Source: an uncultured Eubacteriales bacterium | GTDB taxonomy: Bacteria > Bacillota > Clostridia > Lachnospirales > Lachnospiraceae | Direction: 5' to 3' | Assembly: GCA_951800645.1 (NCBI GenBank) | Contig: CATOIK010000006.1 | Coordinates: forward strand, 25,508-89,507 | DNA: 64,000 bases | Shown here: one piece after another, positions 52,145 through 62,619 of the stretch | Layout of the letters: every line of letters begins with the position of its first letter | Position numbering within the stretch: the first letter of the stretch is position 1 | Translations under genes and position numbers: made by a program | Notes under the pieces: generated by a model | Told to the model about the DNA's origin: nothing | The model's database searches: none | Seen by the model: the letters and a program-made list of their open reading frames with translations, nothing else

Positions 52145-52466
52145 ACTCACTACCTCCGATTATATTCATTTGTTTCACGATTGCCTTTGCCAGTCCTTCC
52201 TCCACAACAGCCAGGGATGCACGCATCTCCTTGCCCATGGCGCGGCCCAGCTCACCTTTTCTGCCGAAAAAACAGATTGGAACTTTATAGTAAGTACACA
52301 TATTGGTAAACATTTTCTTCGTATTCTGGGACGCCTCCTCTGATACAATGACCAGATAAGCCTTTCCTCCCTTGACCGCCTTTTCCGTGGAAAACTCACC
52401 GCTGGCAGTTTTTCCCGCCTTGGTAGCCAGGCCGATTAGATTCAGTGTTTTCTGTCTGTTATCCAA
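52131..52466 (-). CDS. L7Ae-family protein (YlxQ-like)
   Basis: [15 protein letters not shown]-like [16 protein letters not shown]. Confidence 0.88.
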   Translation of the reverse strand: MDNRQKTLNLIGLATKAGKTASGEFSTEKAVKGGKAYLVIVSEEASQNTKKMFTNMCTYYKVPICFFGRKGELGRAMGKEMRASLAVVEEGLAKAIVKQMNIIGGSEYESE

Positions 52467-52740
52467 GCTCGCCCATCTCCTTTTTCAATGTCTCATATAC
52501 CTCTTTGGGAATAGCCATCTTAAAGGAGCGTTCCAGTCCTCTTCCCTTTACTGCAGCCTCAAAGCACTGCATATCCGGACAAAGATAGGCGCCGCGGCCA
52601 TTTTTTCTTCCGGTGGCATCCACCGTAAATTCCCCTTCCGGGGTCTTAAGAATCCGAATCATGTCTTTTTTATTTTTCATCTCTCCGCAGCCGATACACT
52701 GGCGCTGAGGATATTTCTTTGCGTCTGCCAATTTTTTCAC
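52459..52740 (-). CDS. ylxR: YlxR/RnpM family RNA-binding protein
   Basis: PQRQCIGC, GRKNGRGAYLC. Confidence 0.9.
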   Translation of the reverse strand: MKKLADAKKYPQRQCIGCGEMKNKKDMIRILKTPEGEFTVDATGRKNGRGAYLCPDMQCFEAAVKGRGLERSFKMAIPKEVYETLKKEMGELG

Positions 52741-52771
52741 TTCCTATCTGCTTTCAGGTTTCCCGGTCTTT

Positions 52772-53923
52772 TTATTCGGTCTCTACAACTGCGTAATCGT
52801 CAGTAGTGGGAATTTCAAAATCTGCGTCCAGATCGTCGTAAACGCCTTCCTCCTGATAATCGATGCCCATCTGCTCAAACAGTCCCTGCTCACGGGCCTG
52901 AGTCTCGCTCTTGATGTCAATCTTGTAGCCGGTCAGTCTGGCTGCCAGTCTGGCGTTCTGCCCCTCTTTACCGATTGCCAGAGACAACTGGTAATCCGGA
53001 ACGATAACCAGCGCCTCTCTGGCCTCCTCGTCTGCCACAACACAGATAACCTTTGCCGGGCTTAAAGAGTTCTCAATCAGGTACGCTGCGTTTTCATCCC
53101 AGATGATGATGTCGATCTTCTCGCCCCGCAGCTCGTTTACAATGGAGTTGACGCGGGAGCCGTTCACGCCTACGCAGGCGCCTACCGGATCTACATTGGG
53201 GTCATTGGACCAAACAGCGATTTTTGTTCTGGAACCAGCCTCTCTTGCAATGGCTTTAATCTCTACTGTTCCGTCCTTCACCTCGGTTACTTCTTCCTCA
53301 AAGAGGCGTTTTACCAGGTCCGGATGGGTCCGGGATACAGAAATGCGGGGGCCCTTGGGAGTATCCTTTACTTCCAGTACCAGCACCTTAATGCGCTCGG
53401 TGGGCTTAAAGACCTCGCCCTTAACCTGCTCTGCCTCATTTAAGATAGCGTCCACGCGGCCCAGGTTAATGCTGACATTCCGGCCTAAGTAGCGCTGCAC
53501 AATGCCGGTTACGATGTCCTTCTCCTTGCTGTACCACTCGTTGAACTGCATACTGCGTTCTTCCTCACGGATTTTCTGCAGAATTACATTTTTTGCATTC
53601 TGAGTAGCGATACGGCCAAAGGATTTGGACTCGATGGAAATCCGTACCAGGTCGCCCAGGCTGTTTCTGGGATCCTTCATCTGAGCCTCAGCCAGGCTGA
53701 TCTGCATTACCGGATCCTCTACTTCCTCTACCACTTCCTTCTCTGCATATACAGAGAAATCTCCGGTTTCCGGATTGATTACCACTTTTACATTGTCAGC
53801 CTTTCCAAAGTGGTTCTTGCAGGCAGTCAGAAGGGAATTTTCGATTGCCTCAAGCAAAGTGGCCTTGCTGATGTTTTTCTCTTTCTCCAGCATGTTGAGT
53901 GCCTCAATCAGTTCCTTGTTCAT
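52772..53923 (-). CDS. nusA: Transcription termination factor NusA
   Basis: FGRIATQNAK, AREAGSRTKIAV, LAIGKEGQNARLAA. Confidence 0.97.
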   Translation of the reverse strand: MNKELIEALNMLEKEKNISKATLLEAIENSLLTACKNHFGKADNVKVVINPETGDFSVYAEKEVVEEVEDPVMQISLAEAQMKDPRNSLGDLVRISIESKSFGRIATQNAKNVILQKIREEERSMQFNEWYSKEKDIVTGIVQRYLGRNVSINLGRVDAILNEAEQVKGEVFKPTERIKVLVLEVKDTPKGPRISVSRTHPDLVKRLFEEEVTEVKDGTVEIKAIAREAGSRTKIAVWSNDPNVDPVGACVGVNGSRVNSIVNELRGEKIDIIIWDENAAYLIENSLSPAKVICVVADEEAREALVIVPDYQLSLAIGKEGQNARLAARLTGYKIDIKSETQAREQGLFEQMGIDYQEEGVYDDLDADFEIPTTDDYAVVETE

Positions 53924-53949
53924 GATTTTTTATCCTCCTAAAAATCCTC

Positions 53950-54417
53950 TTAAAAGTCAAATGCCAGCCGGATCAGCGCAATCTCCGTCCGGGTGAATAC
54001 TTCCTCTGTGCCGTCATCCATAGCGATGGTTACAGTCTCTTTATCGTAGGCCTTTAAAATTCCCGCAAAATCCTTCTGCTTGTTCCTGGCCTTAAACAGC
54101 TTTAACTCCACCTCGTCTCCCAGGCTCCGCTCAAAATCCTTATCCTTTTTAAGCGGTCGTCCAAGGCCTGGGGAACTGACCTCCAAAATGTAGCTGTCCT
54201 CAATAAAATCTTCCTTATCCAGCCAGTCGCTTAAGGTGCGGCTGATAATCTCGCAGTCGTCTACCGTGATGCCGCCTTCCTTGTCGATATAAGCCCGCAG
54301 ATACCAGCTTCCTGCTTCCTTTACATACTCCACATCCACCAGTTCAAACTGATGCTGTTCCAGAAGCGGCAGCAGAAACGCCTCAGTTCTGGATTCGTAG
54401 GTCTCCCTTCTTGTCAT
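53950..54417 (-). CDS. rimP: Ribosome maturation factor RimP
   Basis: ELVDVEY, GITVDDC, YILEVSSPGL.RPL. Confidence 0.96.
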   Translation of the reverse strand: MTRRETYESRTEAFLLPLLEQHQFELVDVEYVKEAGSWYLRAYIDKEGGITVDDCEIISRTLSDWLDKEDFIEDSYILEVSSPGLGRPLKKDKDFERSLGDEVELKLFKARNKQKDFAGILKAYDKETVTIAMDDGTEEVFTRTEIALIRLAFDF

Positions 54418-54557
54418 ACTCTCACCTCACTTCGCCTATTCCATGAACAGTAACAGAGACGAAATACGCAGCGCGAATTTCACTCTGATCAGCGGTCGTC
54501 AAATATCCAGCCGTGCAGGCACGACGGCTATTTTCCTCGTCGCCATGACACAAAACT

Positions 54558-54583
54558 AAAGAGTGGACGCTCGCCCACTCTTT
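54558..54583 (-). promoter_or_regulatory. rimP-leader hairpin
   Basis: AAAGAGTGGGCG-AG-CGTCCACTCTTT upstream of rimP, matching the AGAGUGGG/CCCACUCU rimP leader. Confidence 0.75.
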
Positions 54584-54612
54584 ATGTGTATCTTTATCAT
54601 GTTATCGTATGT

Positions 54613-54641
54613 ATTATAGCACCGGAATATGCGAAATGCAA
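54613..54641 (-). promoter_or_regulatory. SigA promoter of the rimP-nusA-infB operon
   Basis: TTGCAT-17 bp-TATAAT with TG. Confidence 0.8.
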
Positions 54642-54682
54642 GGGTTTTCCGGGAAATTCCTTGAAAAACCGATGTTTTCAGG

Positions 54683-55723
54683 TTACAAATCCAGCACATA
54701 AGCCAGCATCAGGTTCACCGTATTATTCAGTCCCTTTACATGGGTCCGTTCCATACCGTGGCTGCAGTAAACCGCCATGCCGATAGCCCCGGCCTTTAAG
54801 TTGTTGCCTGCCTTTAAGGAGGCATTGGCGTCCGTACCGTAGCGGTAGAAAATATCGGCGGCGTAATCGCACTCTGCAGCCTGGGCCTGACGAATCAGCC
54901 GGTTTACAAGCTCGTAGTCGTAGGGAGTAGCCGCATCCTTGGCGCAGATGCTGACGGAATACTCGTCCCCATCGTAATCCGGGCCGATAAGGCCGATGTC
55001 TACAGCCACAAATTCAGACACGCCCTCCGGCACATAAGCGCCGCCGTGGCCGATTTCTTCGTAATGAGGGAAGGCCAGAACTGTACGGTATTTGGGCTTC
55101 AGGCCATGCTCTTTTAAATACTTGATCATAGAAAAGCAGCAGGCCACTCCGGCTTTGTCATCGATAAACCGGGATTTTAAAAATCCGTTTTTGGTAAACT
55201 GGGTTCCCGGCTCAATGGAGATCATATCTCCATGGCGGATACCTAAGGCCCGTACATCCTCCTCTGAGGAAACCGGCTCATCCAGGCTGACAATCATAGT
55301 CATCTCGTCCCGGCTTAAGGAACGGGCATCGTCAAACACATGGGTGGAATGGGACTGGCAGGCCAGAAGGCCGGTGTACTCCCGTCCGTCCCGGGTGTGG
55401 ACCGTTACGGTGCAGCCCTCGGCGCTGTAAAAGTTCATACCGCCCAGCTGCCGCACCCGAATCATACCGTCGGGATCAATGCGGCGCACAATCATGCCGA
55501 TGGTGTCCAAATGGGCGCCCAGCATTACGGTCTTTTCATTATTTTCCCCATCCAGGGTAATGTAGGCCGTGTGCTTGTTATCATAGGTAACTGTAAATCC
55601 AAACATTTCTGCGTAGCGCTCCACCACCGGATTCACTTTCTCAAAAAAGCCTACCGGGCTGGGAGCGTTTACCAAATCCTTGAAGCAATCTACGGTAAAC
55701 TGTCCGTCTGTCTGAAACTTCAT
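54683..55723 (-). CDS. M42 family aminopeptidase (YhfE-like), paralogue A
   Basis: AHLDT, RFIDDKA, YEEIG, AVDI, SHGMER metal-ligand motifs. Confidence 0.9.
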   Translation of the reverse strand: MKFQTDGQFTVDCFKDLVNAPSPVGFFEKVNPVVERYAEMFGFTVTYDNKHTAYITLDGENNEKTVMLGAHLDTIGMIVRRIDPDGMIRVRQLGGMNFYSAEGCTVTVHTRDGREYTGLLACQSHSTHVFDDARSLSRDEMTMIVSLDEPVSSEEDVRALGIRHGDMISIEPGTQFTKNGFLKSRFIDDKAGVACCFSMIKYLKEHGLKPKYRTVLAFPHYEEIGHGGAYVPEGVSEFVAVDIGLIGPDYDGDEYSVSICAKDAATPYDYELVNRLIRQAQAAECDYAADIFYRYGTDANASLKAGNNLKAGAIGMAVYCSHGMERTHVKGLNNTVNLMLAYVLDL

Positions 55724-55803
55724 TGCTCCATGTCCTCCTTAAAATTATACGGGATGTTTTAAAATGCAGCTTCGCCACAGTTTAAAACATCCCTAATCTG
55801 CAT

Positions 55804-56760
55804 CTAAAACTGGTCTGCAAAATGGCAGGCCACAAAATGTCCCGGCTCCATCTCCCGAAGCTCCGGAGAATCTTTAAAGCAGCACTCTTTGGCGTACTCG
55901 CACCGGGGTGCAAACCGGCAGCCTGGCTTGGGATTGATGGGGGAGGTAATCTCGCCCTTAAGCAGAATCCGCTCCTTCTTGCCATGGATGCTGGGCACCG
56001 GAATGGCAGAAAGCAGAGCCTTGGTATAAGGGTGAGTGGGATGAGCAAACAAATCTACAGAAGATGCGTGCTCCACCACCTTACCTAAATACATAACCAC
56101 GATCTCATCAGAGAAGTAGTTGACAACAGAAAGGTCATGGGTGATGAACATGTAAGTCAGTCCCAGGTCTCTCTGCAGTTCCTTCAACAGGTTCAGAATC
56201 TGAGCCTGAATAGAAACATCCAGGGCAGATACCGGCTCGTCGCAGACGATAAACTTGGGGTTCATAGCCAATGCCCTGGCGATGCCGATTCTCTGACGGC
56301 GGCCGCCGTCCAGCTCATGGGGATAGGTGTTGACTAAGCGCTCAGAAAGGCCAACCAGCTCCATCAGTTCCAGCACCCGCTTTGCCTGCTCCTCTTTGTT
56401 CTTATATATCTTGTGAAGACGCAACGGCTCTGCAATGATCTCGCTGACCGTCTTTCTGGGGTTTAAGGATGCAAACGGATCCTGGAAAATCATCTGCATC
56501 TCAGAACGCAGCTTTGTCATCTCCTTCTGGGAAATTTTTGTAATATCCTTTCCCTCAAAGATCACCTCGCCGCTGGTAGGCTCGTGAAGCCGCAGGATGG
56601 CCCGGCCTGTAGTAGACTTTCCACAGCCGGACTCGCCTACAACGCCCAGGGTCTTGCCCCGCTCCAGCTTAAAGGTCAGACCGTCTACTGCGTGAAGGGT
56701 TCCTGCCGGGGTCTCAAAATATTTCTTTAAGTCTTTTACTTCCAGTAAGATGTCACTCAT
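55804..56760 (-). CDS. Oligopeptide ABC transporter ATPase (OppF-like)
   Basis: GESGCGKS, LDGGRRQR, DEPVSALD, C-terminal GCRF..RC..C..CH. Confidence 0.92.
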   Translation of the reverse strand: MSDILLEVKDLKKYFETPAGTLHAVDGLTFKLERGKTLGVVGESGCGKSTTGRAILRLHEPTSGEVIFEGKDITKISQKEMTKLRSEMQMIFQDPFASLNPRKTVSEIIAEPLRLHKIYKNKEEQAKRVLELMELVGLSERLVNTYPHELDGGRRQRIGIARALAMNPKFIVCDEPVSALDVSIQAQILNLLKELQRDLGLTYMFITHDLSVVNYFSDEIVVMYLGKVVEHASSVDLFAHPTHPYTKALLSAIPVPSIHGKKERILLKGEITSPINPKPGCRFAPRCEYAKECCFKDSPELREMEPGHFVACHFADQF

Positions 56761-57761
56761 GCTTTCTCACCTCCCAGGGTTACTCCGGTACCTTCCTCGT
56801 AAGCCAGGCAGCGGACGCTGTGGGTATCGCTTAAATCCGTCTTTACCGGCATCCGGGTCTTGCACAGCTCAGTGGCGTACTTGCACCGGGGATGGAACGG
56901 ACAGCCTTCCGGCAGATTGGTGGGATCCGGCATCAGGCCCGGAATGGGCTTTAAGGCCTCGGTCCGCTTCTCAATGTTGGGAAGGGAGCCGAACAGACCT
57001 TCCGTATACGGATGGCTGGTATGGTCGAAAATGTCTTCCAGAGTGCCGTGCTCTACAATACGGCCTGCATACATGATGCTGACCTCATCGCACACCTCTG
57101 CCACGATACCCAGGTCATGGGTAATCATCAGCATGGAGGTGCCGTACTTTTCTCTTAACTTCTGCATCAGATCCAACACCTGGGCCTGGATCGTCACATC
57201 CAGAGCTGTGGTTGGCTCGTCCGCAATCAGAAGTTGAGGATTGCACACCAGCGCCATAGCGATGATAACCCGCTGTTTCATGCCGCCGGAGAACTGATGG
57301 GGATACTCTCCCGCGCGGGTTCCGGGAATGCCTACCAGCTCCAGCATCTCCTTGGCCTTTTCCAGCGCGCCTTTGGCATCAATCTTCTCATGCAGCTGAA
57401 TCACCTCTGCAATCTGGTCGCCAATGGTTATAACCGGATTCAAAGAAGTCATGGGATCCTGGAAAATCATGGAAACCTGTTTTCCGCGAATGTTCTCCAT
57501 CTCCTTCTCCGAATACTCAAATACATTTTTGCCCTCCAAAACGATAGAACCGCTGGTAATCTCTCCCGGCGGATTGGGAATCAGGCGGAGGATGGAAAGG
57601 GCCGTGGTGGTCTTGCCTGCGCCGGTCTCTCCCACCAGCCCCAGAGTCTTTCCTTTTTCAATTTTCAAGTCCACGCCGTTGATGGCATGCACTACGCCGT
57701 CCACTGTGGAAAATCGGACAGCCAGGTCATTTATCTCTACACTGTACTGTTTGTCTGCCAT
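56757..57761 (-). CDS. Oligopeptide ABC transporter ATPase (OppD-like)
   Basis: GETGAGKT, FSGGMKQR, DEPTTALD, GCPFHPRC. Confidence 0.92.
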   Translation of the reverse strand: MADKQYSVEINDLAVRFSTVDGVVHAINGVDLKIEKGKTLGLVGETGAGKTTTALSILRLIPNPPGEITSGSIVLEGKNVFEYSEKEMENIRGKQVSMIFQDPMTSLNPVITIGDQIAEVIQLHEKIDAKGALEKAKEMLELVGIPGTRAGEYPHQFSGGMKQRVIIAMALVCNPQLLIADEPTTALDVTIQAQVLDLMQKLREKYGTSMLMITHDLGIVAEVCDEVSIMYAGRIVEHGTLEDIFDHTSHPYTEGLFGSLPNIEKRTEALKPIPGLMPDPTNLPEGCPFHPRCKYATELCKTRMPVKTDLSDTHSVRCLAYEEGTGVTLGGEKA

Positions 57762-57770
57762 GGTTCCTCC

Positions 57771-58637
57771 TTACTGTTTCAGTCTTGGGTCCAGAGCGTC
57801 ACGGAGACCGTCGCCCAAAAGATTCAAGGCCAGAATGGTAATTACGATTGCCAGACCTGGGAACAGGGTAATATGCATAGCGTCGCGCAGATAGCTGCGG
57901 CCGCTGGACAGCATTGCGCCCCACTCCGGAGCCGGAGGCTGTACGCCCAATCCGATAAAGCTTAAAGAAGCAGTAGACAGGATTGCACCTGCCACAGACA
58001 GGGTTGCCTGAACGATGATGGGCGCCATGCAGTTGGGCAGAATCTCCCGAAAAATAATAGTAGGACTGGAAGCGCCAATAGCTCTTGCAGACTCTACAAA
58101 CTCCTGATCCTTTACGCTCATTACTGCCGCCCGGACAATTCGTGCATAGGTAGGCACGCCGGACACACCGATTGCCAGCATTACATAGATCAAATCCGTA
58201 CCCAGAGCGGCCACGATGGTCATAGCCAGCAGGATGCTGGGCACTGCCAGGAAAATGTCCATGATACGCATAATCACATTATCTACTCTGCCGCCGTAGA
58301 ATCCGGCAAATGCGCCCAGGCTTCCGCCGATAATCAGGGACACAGATACAGAAATTAAACCTACTACTAAAGAAACACGAGAGCCGTGCAGGATTCTGGC
58401 AAAAATATCCCGGCCAAATTCATCAGTTCCAAACCAGTGCTCCGCGCTGGGACCCTGCAGACGATTCTTCATATCCTGGGCTACTACCATGGTATCGTAG
58501 TCTGCAATCACATCGGCAAAAATTGCTCCGAGTATCATAATCACAAGGATGCCAAGGCCCAGCATTGCCATTTTATTACGGCAGAGACGCTGCCACACTT
58601 CTGCAGCCATACTTCGTTTTTTTACACTCGTATTCAT
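57771..58637 (-). CDS. Oligopeptide ABC transporter permease (OppC-like)
   Basis: HWFGTDEFGRD, EFVESARAIGA, GDGLRDALDP; ATG 58637. Confidence 0.92.
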   Translation of the reverse strand: MNTSVKKRSMAAEVWQRLCRNKMAMLGLGILVIMILGAIFADVIADYDTMVVAQDMKNRLQGPSAEHWFGTDEFGRDIFARILHGSRVSLVVGLISVSVSLIIGGSLGAFAGFYGGRVDNVIMRIMDIFLAVPSILLAMTIVAALGTDLIYVMLAIGVSGVPTYARIVRAAVMSVKDQEFVESARAIGASSPTIIFREILPNCMAPIIVQATLSVAGAILSTASLSFIGLGVQPPAPEWGAMLSSGRSYLRDAMHITLFPGLAIVITILALNLLGDGLRDALDPRLKQ

Positions 58638-58648
58638 GCTGTTCCTCC

Positions 58649-59578
58649 TTATTTGTATTTTGATTTGATACGGGGGTCGATATATGCATATAACAGATCC
58701 ACGCACAGATTGACGATACTGAAGCAGATGGAGAACACGATAACGCATCCAAGTACCGCCGGCGTATCCTTTGCCTTGATGCTGTTTACCAGGAAGGTGC
58801 CGATGCCCGGCCATGCAAATACAGCCTCAGTCAGTACCGCGCCGCCAAGTAAAGAACCGAACTGCAGACCGATAACTGTAACCACCGGAATCAGGGCATT
58901 CTTCAGGGCATGCCTGTTGATTACCTTATTGTGGCTTACCCCCTTCGCCTTTGCTGTGCGGATGTAATCCTGCCGGATTACCTCCAGCATGGAGGAGCGA
59001 GTGGTTCTGGTGATGTTTGCCATACAGCCGGTTCCCAGGGTAATCACCGGAAGCACCAGAGATTTCCAGCCTGCGTCTGCACCGCCGGAAGGGAACCACC
59101 GAAGATGGAGGGAAAATGCAATGATCAACATCAGGCCCAGCCAGAAGTTTGGCGTTGCCACGCCTAAAAGGGCGAATACCATGCTGATGCTGTCTGTAAT
59201 GGAATACTGTTTGGTTGCCGATATAATACCGATGGGAATAGAAAGCACCACTGCAAACACCATACCCCAGAAAGCCAGCTTTAAGGTTGCAGGGAAGCGA
59301 GATGCAATCTCTCCGAATACGGGACGGCCGGATTTGTAGGACTCACCTAAATCTCCGTGAAGCAAATCTCCCATGTATCTGGCGTACTGAACCACCACCG
59401 GGTCGTTCAATCCCAGTTCGTCTCTCAGGGCATCGACTGACTCCTGAGGTGCGTTCTCGCCCAGAATGGTTCTGGCCGGGTCACCGGGAGACAAAGACAT
59501 GATGAAGAATACCAGGAACGATACGCCAAGGATAACCGGAATCAGCATCAGAAGACGCTTAATGACATATTTGTGCAT
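58649..59578 (-). CDS. Oligopeptide ABC transporter permease (OppB-like)
   Basis: PGDPA, GDLGES, DYIRTAKAKG, DLLYAYIDPR; ATG 59578. Confidence 0.92.
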   Translation of the reverse strand: MHKYVIKRLLMLIPVILGVSFLVFFIMSLSPGDPARTILGENAPQESVDALRDELGLNDPVVVQYARYMGDLLHGDLGESYKSGRPVFGEIASRFPATLKLAFWGMVFAVVLSIPIGIISATKQYSITDSISMVFALLGVATPNFWLGLMLIIAFSLHLRWFPSGGADAGWKSLVLPVITLGTGCMANITRTTRSSMLEVIRQDYIRTAKAKGVSHNKVINRHALKNALIPVVTVIGLQFGSLLGGAVLTEAVFAWPGIGTFLVNSIKAKDTPAVLGCVIVFSICFSIVNLCVDLLYAYIDPRIKSKYK

Positions 59579-59710
59579 ATGATTGGCTCCTTTGTAAAGT
59601 TGATTGAATAGATACAAAATAAGCATGAGGGCGCTGCAAGATGCACTGCTGCATTTTACAACACCCCCCGGCGCCACATCTGAAGATGCGGCAATCAATG
59701 CGGTTACTGA

Positions 59711-61270
59711 TTAGTAGTGAAGATCGTAGAAGTCATGCATTCCGATAGAGGAGTTATGCAGACCCTGCAGATTCTCGTTTCTTGCGACCAGACCCTTCTG
59801 GGAGTACAGCGGTACCCATACCGCATCCTCAGACAGTGTCTTTAAGATAGTCTCGTAATCCTCCTGAACCTTTGCAGGGTCCGGGTTGATAGCAGCGTCG
59901 TCAACCAGGGCGTCTACTTCCGGATTCATGTAGAAGGAACGGTTTCCGCCAGGGCCAGCCTTTTCGCTGGTGAACAGGGGACGATAGGTGTTGTCCGGCT
60001 CTGCGTTGGCTACCCAACCTGCCATGCAGGCGTCGTGCTCGCCGTTTCCGGTTTTCTCATAGAAAGTGGAAGCCTCCATCTGCTCGATGTTCATGGTAAC
60101 GCCGATGTTAGCCAGACTTGCCTGGATAGCAGTTGCGCTTCTTGCGCGGGCATCGCCTGCTACATATACGGTAAAGGTAAAGCCGTTTGCATAGCCAGCC
60201 TCAGCCAGCAGCTCTTTTGCCTTCTCCGGGTTGTACTCGTATTTTACAACAGTGTCGTAGTAACCGATAGCGCCCTCGCCGATGTAGTTGTCTGCAATGT
60301 TGGCCTCGCCGTTCTGAGCTGCAATAGCGCAGTCCTCTTTATTGATGGCGTAGTTCATAGCCTGACGAACCAGTACATTGTCAAAGGGAGCTTTCTGGGT
60401 ATTTCCGCAGAAGTACTCAACATTGGTGTAGGGGTACTCCTCTAAAACGATGCCCTTAGTCTCACGCAGTCTCTGTGCGTCGGAGGTTCCTACATTGACC
60501 AGCATGTCAATCTCACCGTTCTCTAAAGCGATGGTTCTTGCAGCCTCCTCGGAGATAATCTTAAATACCAGGCCGTCATTCTTTGCAGCAGTCTCTGCAT
60601 CGAAATAATCGTCAAACTTCTCCAGAGTGAAGGATGCGCCGGGAACCCATTCTACAAACTTGTAGGGACCGCAGCCCATGGGAGCGCTCTCTAAGGTCTT
60701 GCCCTCTGCCTCTAAACCTTCCGTGTAAGACTTGCACAGGATTGCGCTTCCTGAGTGGAACAGGGAAGAAATCAGGGCGTTAGACGGGGTGTTCATCTTA
60801 ATAGTAAAGTGAAGATTGTCTACTACATCGATGCTCTCGATCATATAAAGCAGATGTCCAACCTTGGGGGACTGCATCTGTCTTTCTAAGGAGAACTTTA
60901 CATCCTCTGCCTTTAAGGTCTCGCCGTTGTGGAACTTTACGCCGTCCTTCAGCGTGAAGTTTACAGTGGTATCGTCTGCAAACTCCCAGCTTTCAGCCAG
61001 GTTTGGAACAAACTCATTGTCTGCAGTCAGCTTAACCAGATTGTTGTAGATGTGTCTGGTAGCGTATGCGGAAGCGGTATCGTTGTGATTGTGGGGATCT
61101 AATGATGTCAGGTCTGTGCTGCATCCCAAAGTAATGACGGAAGAACCGGCTGCCGCCTCATTTCCTGCAGACGCCCCACCTGTGCTGCCATTGTCAGAAG
61201 AACCGCCGCAGGCGGTCAGCAGGCTGGCACACATAACGCCTGCAAGTAAAACACTTACTAACTTTTTCAC
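59711..61270 (-). CDS. Oligopeptide ABC transporter substrate-binding lipoprotein (family 5)
   Basis: Lipobox LTAC; LDPH, LKDGVKFHNG, GCGPYKF, YNPEKAKELLAEAG. Confidence 0.92.
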   Translation of the reverse strand: MKKLVSVLLAGVMCASLLTACGGSSDNGSTGGASAGNEAAAGSSVITLGCSTDLTSLDPHNHNDTASAYATRHIYNNLVKLTADNEFVPNLAESWEFADDTTVNFTLKDGVKFHNGETLKAEDVKFSLERQMQSPKVGHLLYMIESIDVVDNLHFTIKMNTPSNALISSLFHSGSAILCKSYTEGLEAEGKTLESAPMGCGPYKFVEWVPGASFTLEKFDDYFDAETAAKNDGLVFKIISEEAARTIALENGEIDMLVNVGTSDAQRLRETKGIVLEEYPYTNVEYFCGNTQKAPFDNVLVRQAMNYAINKEDCAIAAQNGEANIADNYIGEGAIGYYDTVVKYEYNPEKAKELLAEAGYANGFTFTVYVAGDARARSATAIQASLANIGVTMNIEQMEASTFYEKTGNGEHDACMAGWVANAEPDNTYRPLFTSEKAGPGGNRSFYMNPEVDALVDDAAINPDPAKVQEDYETILKTLSEDAVWVPLYSQKGLVARNENLQGLHNSSIGMHDFYDLHY

Positions 61271-61375
61271 TTTGTTTCTCTCCTTTATTTTTTATTATTT
61301 TTCACATGGTTTTCTATTTAAACTCCGGTTCCGGTCCGGACGCTTAAATCAAAGCTGATACGATGGCTCAGGCCG

Positions 61376-62416
61376 TTACGCCTCCTGCAGAAACGCTGCC
61401 AGAAGCTTTGCCGTCTCCATTACGCCGTCGATGTGGGTCCGCTCTACGCCGTGGCTGCAGAAAGTTCCCATTCCGAAGGCCGCCGCCTGGACATTGTTGC
61501 CTGCCCGTACTGCTGCATTGGCGTCTGTGCCGTAGCGATAGAAAATATCCACTGCGTGGTTTACATGGTTCTCCTCTGCCACCCGAATCAGATGACTGGT
61601 CAATTCTCTGTCATAGGGAGAAAAGTTATCTTTCACGCAGATGCTTACCTTTGTCTCGCTGCCGTCGTAATCCGGCCCGATAAGAGCAATATCCAAAGCG
61701 ATATACTGGCTTACCTCCGGCGGAATATAGGCGCCGCCGTGATTGATTTCCTCGTAGTAAGGAAATGCAAACAGAATGTTGCAGGAAGGAGTTGCATTCT
61801 GCTCCTTCATAGCCTTGATCACCGCCAGGGCCACAGCCACACATGCCTTATCATCAATAAAGCGGGACTTGATGTAGCCGTTTTCCGTTACGGTGAAATG
61901 AGGTTCTAAGTAAATAATATCCCCATGACGGATGCCAAGGGCCTTTACATCCTCCTGACTCTTTACTTCCTCATCCAGAATCAGAATCATGGTATTTTCA
62001 TCCCGCTCCAGAGTTCTGGCATCGTCAAAGACATGAACGGAATGAGACTGGCTGGCCATCAGGCCGGTGTACTTTCTGCCGTCCCTGGTTACTACCGTAG
62101 CAGTCTCCCCTTCTACATTGTTGTAGTTGATGCCGCCTAAGTTCCGGGTACGAATCATGCCGTCTGCATCAATCCGGCGCACCATCAGTCCCAGGGTGTC
62201 CATATGGGCCCCTACACAGATGGTTCGGGACGCGTCCTTTCCAGGAACCCGGATATATCCGGTTTTCTTGTTGTCATACTCCACTTCATAGCCCAAATCC
62301 GCAGCGTACTTTTCCAGAAGCGGATTGGTTTCGTCATAATAGCCTACCGGGCTGGGAGTATTGATAAATTCTTTCATGCTTTCCAGGAGATACTCCCGAT
62401 TGATTGTCAATTCCAT
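61376..62416 (-). CDS. M42 family aminopeptidase (YhfE-like), paralogue B
   Basis: AHMDT, RFIDDKA, YEEIN, ALDI, SHGVER; ATG 62416 after GGAGG. Confidence 0.9.
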   Translation of the reverse strand: MELTINREYLLESMKEFINTPSPVGYYDETNPLLEKYAADLGYEVEYDNKKTGYIRVPGKDASRTICVGAHMDTLGLMVRRIDADGMIRTRNLGGINYNNVEGETATVVTRDGRKYTGLMASQSHSVHVFDDARTLERDENTMILILDEEVKSQEDVKALGIRHGDIIYLEPHFTVTENGYIKSRFIDDKACVAVALAVIKAMKEQNATPSCNILFAFPYYEEINHGGAYIPPEVSQYIALDIALIGPDYDGSETKVSICVKDNFSPYDRELTSHLIRVAEENHVNHAVDIFYRYGTDANAAVRAGNNVQAAAFGMGTFCSHGVERTHIDGVMETAKLLAAFLQEA

Positions 62417-62619
62417 GACTGCCTCCATACACAAACATATTTCCTTTGGGTAAAAACAGCCCAACTTAAGTAGTATATAACAAAATGCAATAAAAAGCCA
62501 TGGTTTTTTAGAATTTCTTATATTTCCTGTTTTTGACTGTTTTTGCACTTCCCTCCACAGTTTCCCATAGGCTATACTATGCCCGGAGCTTAGCCGGGAA
62601 TATTTTAGGAGGTATCGTC

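Noticed and set aside
59579-59710. Novel ncRNA between oppA and oppB
   Set aside because: The short hairpins are adequately explained as the usual stabiliser/attenuator after a substrate-binding-protein gene.
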